Translations under genes and position numbers: made by a program
In this document: positions 6,518 to 16,454 of the stretch, piece by piece
Numbering within the stretch: position 1 is the stretch's first letter
Layout: each line of letters begins with the position of its first letter
Notes under the pieces: model-generated
Databases searched by the model: none
What the model was told of the DNA's origin: nothing
The model's input: only the letters and a program-made list of their open reading frames with translations
Assembly: GCA_905203455.1 (NCBI GenBank)
Contig: CAJKVX010000002.1
Span: 1 to 34,335, forward strand
Direction: 5' to 3'
Length of the DNA: 34,335 nt
Origin: an uncultured Eubacteriales bacterium
GTDB taxonomy: Bacteria; Bacillota; Clostridia; Christensenellales; UBA1242

Positions 6518-9500
6518 GTGAAAAGTTCAGCACTTTATTTGGGAATGAAATTTATGCAGTTTTTTGCAAACGGCACAACTGTTGATGGTGAAATTGCAAA
6601 CACCACCATTCTTGACACTGTTTTTGGTTGGCTAGTAACAGCGGGGTTGTTTTTGTGGAACTGGATAATGACTTTTATTTACACCATTGTTAAATTCGCC
6701 CTTAACATTGTTGATTTTATTCAGTTTTTTGTTCAACGCCTTGTGGGTGTTGATTTTTGGACTAATACTAACTCAACCCTTGCTGACCTTGGCGAGTCTG
6801 ACATAATTTTTAGGTTTATGTTCAGTGAGGAAGTTTTAAGGGTTTTCAGGCTTATTATTATTATTGCCATTGTGCTTTTAATTGTGTTTAGCATTATTGC
6901 CATTGTTAAAAGCGAATATTCAAACGCAACAACTGGCAAAGGGGACAAAAAGGGAATTTTAACATCTTCATTAAAGGCAATTTTTTTGGTTGTTTTAATT
7001 CCTGTTATGTTAGTTTTTGGCTTGCTTGCAAGCAATGCAGTTTTAGCATCAATTTTAAACGCTGTTCAGCCTGAAAACAACAACCTTACCATTGGTGGGC
7101 AAATTTTTGTTGCAAGTGCATATGGGGCTAACCGCTACCGAACTTATGCTGATGATGGCAAAAGATATCCTGCAACCTATTCATACACATTTGGATATAA
7201 CCATTACACAGTTGATGGAATGCATTATTATGTTGTGATAGGCAGTGATATGGTTTACATTGTTCCAAGCGAATATGATGGAACGCCTGATTTTAACAGT
7301 GAAGTTGAAACTGCGTCTTTACAAAATTTAGTGGCAAACCCAGAGTTAAGTTCACTTTCAAACAAATCAAATTCTGGCAGTGTTTATTATCAAACAAGTT
7401 CAATGTTTGAAACAATTATGCCAACGCATTACAAAAGAGATAATCCGCTTTATGCGTTTGTTTATTATTTTCCTGAAAGCGTTAGCGGAAATGACTATAC
7501 CTATTATCTTGCGGCCTTTGATGAGAGCGACGGAATTGATAAACTTGCAAAATACCATTATCTTACAGGTGTTTTAGGGGCAGACATTCAAACAAGCAAC
7601 CTTGCAAGATACCAGCAAAATGGCATTTGGAATATGCTGCCATCAATCAACCATGAAGATAATGTTTGGCATTCAACATCAATTGTTCTTGATGATTGTG
7701 GGCAAAACCATGAAATTGTTCAAATGGCTTACAACACTTGGGGCGTTGCACCCGCTTTTGATGATTATGTTTACTCTTTAGAGCAATCTGTTACTCAAAA
7801 TGTTATTGAGTGGACTTCTGCAAGTGGAATAACCCTTCCAAACGCACTTTATTACACTAACAACATCTCAACCTGGACAAGGTTCGATGGTGGTGAATTT
7901 GGTTTTGTTCCGCTTTCAGTGGAATATGAAATAATGGCTGATTTTATTGACTTTATGGTTAGAATGGGGGTTCAGGCATACATTGTTAATAGCCAAAGTC
8001 CGCTTATTGATTGGAGCGGTGTTAACGAAAACAACTATTTTCAAAACGAAGAAACTGGGCTGGTTGAACTTTGTGTTAATTATGCTGACCTTGGCAGTGT
8101 GGTTTACAAGCCAACCAACACTGACTCTGAAGCAAAGGGCGCAATATATTTGATGTGTTTGTTTGATACGGCAACAGGAAGATATGTGCCTATTGTTCCA
8201 AACAGAGATTATTACAATGAAAATGGAAAATTTACATTTGATAGTGATTTCTATAACAGCAACACCAATGAAGAGGGGCTTGTTATTGCAAGGGGTGTGT
8301 TTGACAGTTCTTACAGCACCAACCCAACCATAATTGAAGAAAGATATGTTGATGATGATGGCAACAGTGTAACAAGCGGAACTGCTGTTTATGTTAACAT
8401 CACAAATGGGTCTGAAAGTGTGAATGAGGCTGAAATGCTTGGTCGAAATTTTGTTAATGTTAGTTTTGCAAGTGGTTCGGCAATTAGCCAATTGTTAACT
8501 GGTGGGCTTGCAAATGACGGCTCAGGCGTTTTGAATTACACAGTTAATTCAGACAACATTTTAGCCCAAAATTTCATTTCAAGTGATGATGGTTTTCCAG
8601 TTTTCAGAGACAGTGTTTTTAAAGAAACATTGCCTGCTGGATATAGTTATAGTAATAATGGAGACAGGGCAATTAGTGTTACTTACAGTTCTGCTTCAAA
8701 TTGCGTTTACGCAAATGTTAATGACACATCAAACAGGACAGTGCAAATTATATTAAGACCTCATCAAATGCCAAACGGCAACATGGTTATGCTTGTGCAA
8801 ACAACGGTTAACGGGCAGTTTGTAAATGCGTTTAGTGTGCTTGGGCAGGTTACAAACTTAAACCAATACAGCACCAGCATTTATGACCAAACTGGAACCA
8901 TAATTGCAACTGGTGATGGCACAAACATTTTAATTGATGATTATTTTAACAATCAAGGGTCATATAACCTTGAAGCAAGCGAAGTTTACGCAGTTTATAA
9001 TTTAAGCAATTCATTTGTTATTAATCCTTCAAGTTTGCTTGGGCTTATTGAAGTTAATGAAACGGTTGTTGGTCAAAATGCTACCATTCTTCAACTTACA
9101 AGCAGTGGTTATAACAGATACAGAGTTTGGACGGGCGCTGACCAAACAGGCAACTGCTTTGATATATATATTAATAATAATAAGTTATCTGTTATTCCTT
9201 ATCATATTTATGGGCTAACAACTCAAGGTTCAAGTGTTGATGTTTCAGGTTTGGCGATTAATAACATTGTTGGTTATGGTGGCGGTAACACCTATGTTAG
9301 ATATAACGGGTCAACATATGTTTTAAATAGTGGAACAAACAATTTTGGAGTTAATTATTTTTATTTACGAAGCGAGGAAGTAACTACATTTACTGAAAGA
9401 TATTATAATGTTAGTTTTTATGACCCTTTTGCTTACAGACTAATTGATGAAAATGGAAATGTTGTTAACGCAGATGAAATTAAAAATCTTAAAGGTGAAA

Positions 9501-12500
9501 TGGGGGCAATTTCAACCACAAGATTTAACTATTCATTAGGTAACAATGGTGCAAACATTTATGACACTGATGGCAACATTTTGTATGGAATTGAATGGCA
9601 AGGGACTGCTGGAACATCTTACAGAACGGCATATGTTTACAGCAATGGTGAAGTTATTTTAAGAATTGTTGTAGATAACCCATCAGAAAACACCATTCAA
9701 ACTCTTGACCAAATTATTGCCTTGCAAACAGTTAACACCGCTGTGGGTGAAGGTGAAAAGTTAGATTTAATTGTAAGTTTAGCGTATAAAAATGTTGATT
9801 ACAGCCCTGTTCCAAGATACACTCAGGCTATTGTTGATTTGGGTGACAAAATTAAGCCAGACAACATTTTGTTTGTTCAAGAAAAAATCAGCAAAGATTT
9901 TGTTGCAGCAGACATTAACTTTAACAATGGGGCAACGGCAATAAGGTTGCATATTGATTGGTTCTTTGGGAAAGGTGATGTTGCCCATGATAATGTTTAC
10001 CACCTTTCAGACAGTTCATTTGTTCTTGATTATAACTTCAACACAAAAACAGGCATTGCACTTAAAAACCTTTATATGCCCGCACAACTTAATGTTATTA
10101 TTCTTCTTTTTGCAACAGTTTTGGTGTTTAAAATCTTAATGCAAAGTGCGTGGGGGCTTATTAAAAGAATTTATGACATAACAATTTTGTTTATGGTTAT
10201 GCCTGGCTTTGCGTCAACAATGCCAATTGATGGTGGCGACAGGTTTGCCAAATGGAAAGACAAGTTGATAAAATCAGTCTTTTCAGCGTATGGCGTTTTG
10301 ATTGGACTTAATGTGTTCTTTGTTTTGGTTCCTGTTATTGATAACGCCGTTGGAAACATCTTTACTTATGCTGATCTTCCAAGCACAATTGTTAACAATT
10401 TCTTGTTCTCAAGACCTGATTATTTAAATGAACTTGTTAAAATTATGTTTATTTTGGTTGCGTTAACATTAATGCAAAGCCTTCCTGAATTGTTCTCTGG
10501 TCTTATTGGCTCTGACGATGTCTTAAAAGGTGGCGGTGAAACAAGAAGGGCTGTTGGCGAAATGACAAAAGATGTTGGCGATGTTGTTAGCGGCAGAAAG
10601 GCAGTTGAAGCAGCAAAGGCTATTGCGCCTGGGGGCAACCCATTTAAAGGGGCTCTTGCACAGTTTATTCCTGGAAGTGCAATAGCATCATCAATTTGGT
10701 CGAATTATGGAAAACCTTTAAAAGATGCACTTAAAGAAAAGGAAGCGTCAAAGAGAGGAAAATCAGCCGCAACCAGTCCATTTGCTGGCGGTGGTGGAAG
10801 TTCAAAACCAAGCGACACCTCAACAAGTTCTGAGCACGCTTCAACATCTGACTTTTCATCAGCAGCAAGAAGAATTTCAAAGGTTGAAGAGAATGACACA
10901 AGAGAGTTTACAGGAACAAATACTAACAAAGCAACAGGCTTTATGGACACTGAAAAGAGTGAAAATGAAATGGCACAATTTGCTAGTAAATATTTCACTG
11001 AAACTCAAAATGGAAAAGATGGCAACGCAATTTATCAGCAATATGAAGATGCATCAAGTGATTGGGTTCGTGCAAGTGTTAACAATGCCATGATGAGTGG
11101 GGCTGGTGACTTTACGGTTAGAGAAAAAGACCTTGATGAAATTAACAAAACACTTGGTGAGGGCTTTATTGCAACGGCTTACAGAACTGATGAAAAGAAT
11201 GAAATTACGGGTGAATCAATGTGGGCTGTTAAAATTGCAAAAGACACAGTTGGTGGAATTAACAGTGCTATTGATGACGCAAATAAGGTTGAGTCAACCT
11301 TAATGAATAATATTTCAGGTTATGATCAACAACTTAGCGCAACAAGTGATTCGCTTAAAGATATTCAAAAACGCTTTAATGATGCAAATACTATTGTTAA
11401 CACAATTGACTCTCAACTTTCTGGCATTACAAGCAATGGTGGGTTTGAGGAATTTAGGAAATTATCTAAAGAAAATGCAGACAATGTTAACACAATAAAT
11501 GCTATTAATAACGACATTAAGGCTAGAAAAGATGAAAACATCAAACTTGGTGAGCAAAAGCAGGATATTGACAATCAAATTAAAGAACTTGAAGCGAAAT
11601 ATAACATACGAGAAAGAATGATTCCAGGACATGACTCTGACAAAGATAATTGGCTTAGGGAAATTAAAGGTCTTAGAGAGAAGCGAACAAACATTGAAAA
11701 CACAATTGCGCTAAACAATGGCAGGATTGATGGAAACACAATTAGAAGAGATAGTTTAAACAAGAAGATTGATGAAAACAAGGCAAGAATAGGCACAATT
11801 CTTGGTGGAAAAACGGCAGATGAAGTTAACAACTTGGTTAAACAGCGTGAAACTGCCGAGGCAAATGCTCAATCATTAAGAAGTGAAATGAACAGTAAAA
11901 ACCTTGAATATGAGCAAATTAGAACTCAAAAAGTTGATGCTGAGAAAAACCTTGCCAAAGTTAGAGAAGGCAGAGATGTTTTAATTGCTGAACGCGATTC
12001 TGCAAGGGCTGCTAATTACCAAACAATGGCTAATGATGCCGCTAAGAAATATGAGGCTGCAATTATAAGGCAAGAAAGATTTGATTCACTTGAAAAGGTT
12101 GTTAACAGTTCAATTCCACAGGCAAATAAAGAGAAGGCGATTAACACATTCGTTAACACTTACTATAAAGGCGCAAGTGATGCAGATAAGAAGAAATTAA
12201 TGAAAGACCTTTCAACTGGTGCTGGAATTGGCAAAGCAAGGGCACAAACTAGAACTGAAATTGTTTCACAGGCTGCTATTGCAACAGGGGCTCAGGCTTC
12301 GCACAATAAAGTAACAAAACAATATAATGACAGCCCAATTAAAGGTATTAATGAAAAATTAGCAGCAAGACAAAGCAGATCTTCAACAAATAGCACAAGC
12401 AGAAGTTCATCAAATTCAGGTGGTTCGCGCGGAACACAAACAGGCACAAGCAGAGGCACGCAAACAGGAACTTCTGGCAATGGTGGAACATCAACTGGCG

Positions 12501-13450
12501 GTTCAAGACCAACTGGTGGTTCGGGCAGAACACAAACAGGCACAAGCAGTAGCACTCAAACAAGAACTTCTGGCAGACCTTCAAGACCAAAGGGGCAAAA
12601 AGGTTCTTCAACGGTAAAAACACAAGGCGATAGGCTTACAAATGTTTATGATAATCTTCTTGATGCACAAGCCGAAGGGAAAACCCGAAAAGTTAAGAGA
12701 CTGGCTAATAAGATGGTTAAAATTGCGGCTAAAAGCAAAACAATGAGGGGAGATGCAGATGCTAAGTATATTCAAACTGTAAGTAACATTACTGGCAAAG
12801 ATTACAAGACGGTTGAAGAAGCAAAGGCTGCTGCACAAAAATATAAAGCCAATAAGAATACATCAAGTGATGATATTGAAAAACTTGATTATGCTGAAAA
12901 AACAAGAGAAAAACAATATGATAAATCTAAACTTGATGTTGGGAAATCTGGCAGAACTGCTGATACACAACATGTTCAAGACGCACTTGATGTAACAAGA
13001 ACTACTGCTAAACAGCAAAACCAAAAAGAATTGCAGAAATATCAAACAAGGGTAAATAGTTCAACTAAAAGTGCGCCAGTAAGGCTCTTCAATGCAGTGA
13101 AAGGAAAAGTTGTTAGAAAACCTCCTACTTCACAAAGCATTAATCAAAGTGGGTGGAAGGCAACTGAAAATGCTAAGCAAAACAAAAAGAATAATTCAAG
13201 GGCTAATTTTGCCGGAGTTACAAACCAAGATTTCAAAAATCTTAGCGACAAAGAGTTAAAAGAGAAAATGATGGCAAGCAAGAATTACGCGTCAGGAAAA
13301 CTTACTGAACAACAAATTGATGACATTATTAAAGACAGAAAAGCAAATAAACGAAGCGAAAAGGCAAAAACAGACTTAAAGAAGAGCAAATCTTCAAGGG
13401 CAATAAATGCACTTAATCTTGATAGCAGCGATATTGATGATAGAAAATAG
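6518..13450 (+). CDS. Giant polytopic membrane protein A (2310 aa). It occupies the VirB6/TrbL-like position and has a roughly 965-aa ectodomain and a roughly 975-aa coiled-coil/low-complexity tail
   Basis: One uninterrupted 6.9-kb ORF. RBS AAAGGGGA precedes GTG 6518. ATG 6545 (MKFMQFF) is an alternative start matching the MKFM start of paralogue B. N-module: 3 TM helices plus the motifs IVKFALNIVDFIQFF, KSEYSNATTGKGD and IFVASAYGANRYRTYADDGKRYP. C-module from about aa 1190: LIKRIYDITILFMVMPGF...WKDKLIKSVFSAYGVLIGLNVFFVLVPVI. The tail holds heptad-rich segments (nt ~11305-12110), RGTQTGTS repeats and a Lys-rich end. The VirB6-like role is inferred from topology and gene position, not from a recognised motif. 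Confidence 0.85.
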   Translation: MKSSALYLGMKFMQFFANGTTVDGEIANTTILDTVFGWLVTAGLFLWNWIMTFIYTIVKFALNIVDFIQFFVQRLVGVDFWTNTNSTLADLGESDIIFRFMFSEEVLRVFRLIIIIAIVLLIVFSIIAIVKSEYSNATTGKGDKKGILTSSLKAIFLVVLIPVMLVFGLLASNAVLASILNAVQPENNNLTIGGQIFVASAYGANRYRTYADDGKRYPATYSYTFGYNHYTVDGMHYYVVIGSDMVYIVPSEYDGTPDFNSEVETASLQNLVANPELSSLSNKSNSGSVYYQTSSMFETIMPTHYKRDNPLYAFVYYFPESVSGNDYTYYLAAFDESDGIDKLAKYHYLTGVLGADIQTSNLARYQQNGIWNMLPSINHEDNVWHSTSIVLDDCGQNHEIVQMAYNTWGVAPAFDDYVYSLEQSVTQNVIEWTSASGITLPNALYYTNNISTWTRFDGGEFGFVPLSVEYEIMADFIDFMVRMGVQAYIVNSQSPLIDWSGVNENNYFQNEETGLVELCVNYADLGSVVYKPTNTDSEAKGAIYLMCLFDTATGRYVPIVPNRDYYNENGKFTFDSDFYNSNTNEEGLVIARGVFDSSYSTNPTIIEERYVDDDGNSVTSGTAVYVNITNGSESVNEAEMLGRNFVNVSFASGSAISQLLTGGLANDGSGVLNYTVNSDNILAQNFISSDDGFPVFRDSVFKETLPAGYSYSNNGDRAISVTYSSASNCVYANVNDTSNRTVQIILRPHQMPNGNMVMLVQTTVNGQFVNAFSVLGQVTNLNQYSTSIYDQTGTIIATGDGTNILIDDYFNNQGSYNLEASEVYAVYNLSNSFVINPSSLLGLIEVNETVVGQNATILQLTSSGYNRYRVWTGADQTGNCFDIYINNNKLSVIPYHIYGLTTQGSSVDVSGLAINNIVGYGGGNTYVRYNGSTYVLNSGTNNFGVNYFYLRSEEVTTFTERYYNVSFYDPFAYRLIDENGNVVNADEIKNLKGEMGAISTTRFNYSLGNNGANIYDTDGNILYGIEWQGTAGTSYRTAYVYSNGEVILRIVVDNPSENTIQTLDQIIALQTVNTAVGEGEKLDLIVSLAYKNVDYSPVPRYTQAIVDLGDKIKPDNILFVQEKISKDFVAADINFNNGATAIRLHIDWFFGKGDVAHDNVYHLSDSSFVLDYNFNTKTGIALKNLYMPAQLNVIILLFATVLVFKILMQSAWGLIKRIYDITILFMVMPGFASTMPIDGGDRFAKWKDKLIKSVFSAYGVLIGLNVFFVLVPVIDNAVGNIFTYADLPSTIVNNFLFSRPDYLNELVKIMFILVALTLMQSLPELFSGLIGSDDVLKGGGETRRAVGEMTKDVGDVVSGRKAVEAAKAIAPGGNPFKGALAQFIPGSAIASSIWSNYGKPLKDALKEKEASKRGKSAATSPFAGGGGSSKPSDTSTSSEHASTSDFSSAARRISKVEENDTREFTGTNTNKATGFMDTEKSENEMAQFASKYFTETQNGKDGNAIYQQYEDASSDWVRASVNNAMMSGAGDFTVREKDLDEINKTLGEGFIATAYRTDEKNEITGESMWAVKIAKDTVGGINSAIDDANKVESTLMNNISGYDQQLSATSDSLKDIQKRFNDANTIVNTIDSQLSGITSNGGFEEFRKLSKENADNVNTINAINNDIKARKDENIKLGEQKQDIDNQIKELEAKYNIRERMIPGHDSDKDNWLREIKGLREKRTNIENTIALNNGRIDGNTIRRDSLNKKIDENKARIGTILGGKTADEVNNLVKQRETAEANAQSLRSEMNSKNLEYEQIRTQKVDAEKNLAKVREGRDVLIAERDSARAANYQTMANDAAKKYEAAIIRQERFDSLEKVVNSSIPQANKEKAINTFVNTYYKGASDADKKKLMKDLSTGAGIGKARAQTRTEIVSQAAIATGAQASHNKVTKQYNDSPIKGINEKLAARQSRSSTNSTSRSSSNSGGSRGTQTGTSRGTQTGTSGNGGTSTGGSRPTGGSGRTQTGTSSSTQTRTSGRPSRPKGQKGSSTVKTQGDRLTNVYDNLLDAQAEGKTRKVKRLANKMVKIAAKSKTMRGDADAKYIQTVSNITGKDYKTVEEAKAAAQKYKANKNTSSDDIEKLDYAEKTREKQYDKSKLDVGKSGRTADTQHVQDALDVTRTTAKQQNQKELQKYQTRVNSSTKSAPVRLFNAVKGKVVRKPPTSQSINQSGWKATENAKQNKKNNSRANFAGVTNQDFKNLSDKELKEKMMASKNYASGKLTEQQIDDIIKDRKANKRSEKAKTDLKKSKSSRAINALNLDSSDIDDRK
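12419..12610 (+). repeat. In-frame 96-nt (32-aa) tandem duplication encoding G/S/T/R/Q low-complexity repeats in the tail of giant A
   Basis: ggtggttcgcgcggaacacaaacaggcacaagcag (12419-12453) vs ggtggttcgggcagaacacaaacaggcacaagcag (12515-12549). caaacaggaacttctggcaa (12461-12480) vs caaacaagaacttctggcag (12557-12576). Peptides: GGSRGTQTGTSRGTQTGTSGNGGTSTGGSRPT / GGSGRTQTGTSSSTQTRTSGRPSRPKGQKG. Confidence 0.85.
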
Positions 13451-13533
13451 TTTGCAAATTTAATTAACAGCGAGCAGGGGGTTGTGAGAGCCTTGCAAAA
13501 TTTATTTAACTTCTAAATTTAAGGAGAAACAAA

Positions 13534-16428
13534 ATGGCAGATAGCGGAATGAAGTTGGTTCCTAAGAAAACGAAGGTTGCAACCCAGTTTTACAAAAACT
13601 TTACCTTAACTGATGCAATTGTTGGGTTTTTGTTTTTGGTTATTTTGGGGTTGATTTTCCTTAGCAGTTTTTCAACCAGAATTAAATTAATTGTTGGGGG
13701 GTGTGTGGTTGTTGTTTGCATTGTTATGTTTATAACAGTGTCTCCTGAAACAAGGGCGTATCAGGCAATTGGCGACTTGTTTAGATATCTGTTTGGCGTT
13801 AGGTCATTTAAAAAGCAGAAAACAGCAACACGAAAAAGCGTTAACTCTTTAATGCCTTATGTTGGAATAATGGAAGATGGCGTTATTGATTATAAAGACT
13901 ATTACGCAAGTGTTATTGAACTTACACCTGTTGAGTTTTATATGATTTCGCCAAGCAGGCAACAGGCTTATTGCTCTGCCATTGACCATGCAATTAAATC
14001 AATTTCTCCTGAGCAGGTGGTTGAACTTGTTAAAGTTTCAAGGCCAATGGTTCTTGATAATTACATTGAAAATGAGGAAACCAAGGCAAAAAATATTATA
14101 AATAACATTGAAAATGGTGTTACCAAAGAGGAAGAGGCTATTCCAAGAATTGAAGTTATTGATGCCAGGGTTAATTCTCTTATTGCAAGCAATGTTGACA
14201 GCGCAAATTTCATAACAAAAAACCATTATTATTTAGTTTTATTTGCAAACACTGTTAAGGTTTTGCAAAGCACCATGAACATGATAATCAACACCATTGA
14301 AGGTGAAACAAGCGGGGTGCTTGCTTGCAACTTGTTAAATCAAAAAGAAGTTGCTATCTTTTTGAAAAACACTTATAGTGATGACTTTGATGAAAGAGAG
14401 ATTGACGATTTATCTCCTGATGAATATCTTGACTGGATTATGCCTGAAAAAATAAGTTTTAGCACACTTAAACAACAAATTGATGGCAAAAGTTACACAA
14501 CTTATCTTCTTGCTGATTATCCAATAATGGTTCCGCTTGCGTGGGGAAGGTCATTCTTCTCGCTTGATGGAACAAAAGTTGTTGTTAAAATGAAGCCTGT
14601 TCAACAGGTTGAGGCTGAAAAAAGGCTTGATAAATCTATTATGGAAATGGAAATTCAAGCAGCAAAAAGAGCAAAAGCCAGTGTTGAGCTTGAAAAATAT
14701 ACTCACCTTGAAACTTTAAGGGAACTTATTACTGCCCTAAAACAGGGAAACGAAATGTTGTTTGACACAAACATTTTTATAACTGCCAAAGATGAGGTTA
14801 GAAAAGCAACAAGAACCCAAATTTTAAGAAGTGGGTTTAGATATAGCGAAATGTTTGGGAAACAGAGAGATTGCTTTATTAACGGCAACATTTCAAAAAG
14901 AGACACTCTTAAAAAATATGAAAGGGGAATTAACAGTAGCACACTTGGGGCAATGTTTCCGTTTGTTAGTGACACTGTGCAAGACCCTAAAGGATTTTTC
15001 CTTGGATATAACAGTGAGGCACTGTTTATTGACTTCTTTAAGCGTGATAAAGAAAGGGTTAACTCAAACATGGTTATTCTTGGAAGGTCAGGCTCTGGTA
15101 AATCATTTGCAACCAAAGCAATTTTAACGCACCTTGCGTCAGATAACAGTAAAATTTTTGTTCTTGACCCTGAAAGAGAGTATGACAAACTTGCAAGAAA
15201 CCTTAAAGGGAAGGTTGTTGATGTTGGAAGTGCAAAGGAAGGAAGAATTAACCCATTGCAAGTTATAACGGGGCTTGAAGATGAAGATGATGTTGGGCAA
15301 AATGTTTCGCTTGCAAGCCATTTGCAGTTTCTTGAAGCCTTCTTTAAAATGATTCTTGAAGGAATAACAAAAGATGCTCTTGAAGTTTTAAATGAAAGCA
15401 TTAAAAATCTTTATGCGTCATTTAACATCACAAATAACACTAACATTTCAGAACTTAAACCTGAAGATTTCCCTATTATGCAAGATTTATATAACTATGT
15501 TTCAGCTGAATATGAACTTGCAAAAGATGATTATGTTAAAAACAACTTAAAAATTGTCAAAACTTATCTTAACAGGTTTGCCGAGGGCGGAAGAAACAGT
15601 ATGCTTTGGAATGGATATTCAACCATAACTGCTGATGAAAACTTTATTGTGTTTAACTTCCAAACATTGCTTGCTAACAGCAATAATGATATTGCAAACG
15701 CACAAATGCTTCTTATTGTTAGGTGGCTTAACAATGAAATTATTAAAAACAAAGACTTTAACGATAAATATTACCCTGGAACAAATAACCCTGATGCAAG
15801 AAAAATAATTATTGTTATTGATGAAGCCCATGTGTTTATTGACCCTAAGAAAGACACGGCTCTTGACTTTATGTATCAACTTGCAAAAAGAATAAGAAAA
15901 TATAACGGTATGCAAATTGTTATTACCCAAAACCTTAAAGACTTTACAGGAACGCCAGACATTGCAAGAAAAAGCCAGGCAATTATAAACGCCAGCCAAT
16001 ACAGCATGATTTTTAGCCTTGCACCTCATGATATTAATGACCTTATTGCACTTTATGAAAATGCGGGGCAAATAACTGAAAGTGAACAAGACATTATTGT
16101 TTCAAACCCTCTTGGATATGCCTTTTTCATGACGGGACCATATTCAAGAACAAGAATGGAAGTTGTTGTTACACAAAACATTAGAAACATGTTTGAAAAA
16201 ATTAGAACTGGGGATAGTGATGTTGTTTACATTGATGATGATAGCGAAAATAGCGATGCAGATTTAATTAACGAACAAATTAAACAAGAAATAAAAGAAG
16301 ATGAGGGCATTGCAAAAAAACAAGAAAAACCAGTGGACAATTTTGAAGCAAACAGAGAAAAAGACGAAAAAGCAAACGAAAGTGAACGAACTGAAAATAA
16401 AATAAGTGAAGATGTGTCACAAAATTAG
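13534..16428 (+). CDS. virB4: VirB4/TraE/CagE-family T4SS ATPase with a fused VirB3-like two-TM N-terminus and an acidic C-terminal tail
   Basis: 964-aa ORF with RBS AAGGAG. N-terminal hairpin of two TM helices (AIVGFLFLVILGLIFLSSF; LIVGGCVVVVCIVMFITV). Walker A ILGRSGSGKSF. Walker B IIIVIDEAHVFIDP, followed by MQIVITQNLKDF. The last roughly 70 aa are D/E/K-rich (DDDSENSDADLINEQIKQEIKEDEG...). Confidence 0.9.
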   Translation: MADSGMKLVPKKTKVATQFYKNFTLTDAIVGFLFLVILGLIFLSSFSTRIKLIVGGCVVVVCIVMFITVSPETRAYQAIGDLFRYLFGVRSFKKQKTATRKSVNSLMPYVGIMEDGVIDYKDYYASVIELTPVEFYMISPSRQQAYCSAIDHAIKSISPEQVVELVKVSRPMVLDNYIENEETKAKNIINNIENGVTKEEEAIPRIEVIDARVNSLIASNVDSANFITKNHYYLVLFANTVKVLQSTMNMIINTIEGETSGVLACNLLNQKEVAIFLKNTYSDDFDEREIDDLSPDEYLDWIMPEKISFSTLKQQIDGKSYTTYLLADYPIMVPLAWGRSFFSLDGTKVVVKMKPVQQVEAEKRLDKSIMEMEIQAAKRAKASVELEKYTHLETLRELITALKQGNEMLFDTNIFITAKDEVRKATRTQILRSGFRYSEMFGKQRDCFINGNISKRDTLKKYERGINSSTLGAMFPFVSDTVQDPKGFFLGYNSEALFIDFFKRDKERVNSNMVILGRSGSGKSFATKAILTHLASDNSKIFVLDPEREYDKLARNLKGKVVDVGSAKEGRINPLQVITGLEDEDDVGQNVSLASHLQFLEAFFKMILEGITKDALEVLNESIKNLYASFNITNNTNISELKPEDFPIMQDLYNYVSAEYELAKDDYVKNNLKIVKTYLNRFAEGGRNSMLWNGYSTITADENFIVFNFQTLLANSNNDIANAQMLLIVRWLNNEIIKNKDFNDKYYPGTNNPDARKIIIVIDEAHVFIDPKKDTALDFMYQLAKRIRKYNGMQIVITQNLKDFTGTPDIARKSQAIINASQYSMIFSLAPHDINDLIALYENAGQITESEQDIIVSNPLGYAFFMTGPYSRTRMEVVVTQNIRNMFEKIRTGDSDVVYIDDDSENSDADLINEQIKQEIKEDEGIAKKQEKPVDNFEANREKDEKANESERTENKISEDVSQN

Positions 16429-16454
16429 ATTAATTAGTTAGGAATTACTGCCAG

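Noticed and set aside
7916-8491. 191-aa antisense ORF inside giant A. Similar antisense or off-frame ORFs occur elsewhere: 14703-15401 (232 aa), 15619-16089 (156 aa), 10725-11093, 12292-12623, 31056-31433 and 33543-33782, along with all the other ORFs of 60-100 aa nested in long genes
   Set aside because: Each lies entirely within a much longer ORF that carries recognisable motifs or paralogue conservation. Their composition is low-complexity or Cys/Phe/Asn-rich, as expected for the wrong frame of AT-rich genes. I could not find a convincing RBS for any of them. The ORFs at 12292-12623 are frames of the RGTQTGTS repeat.
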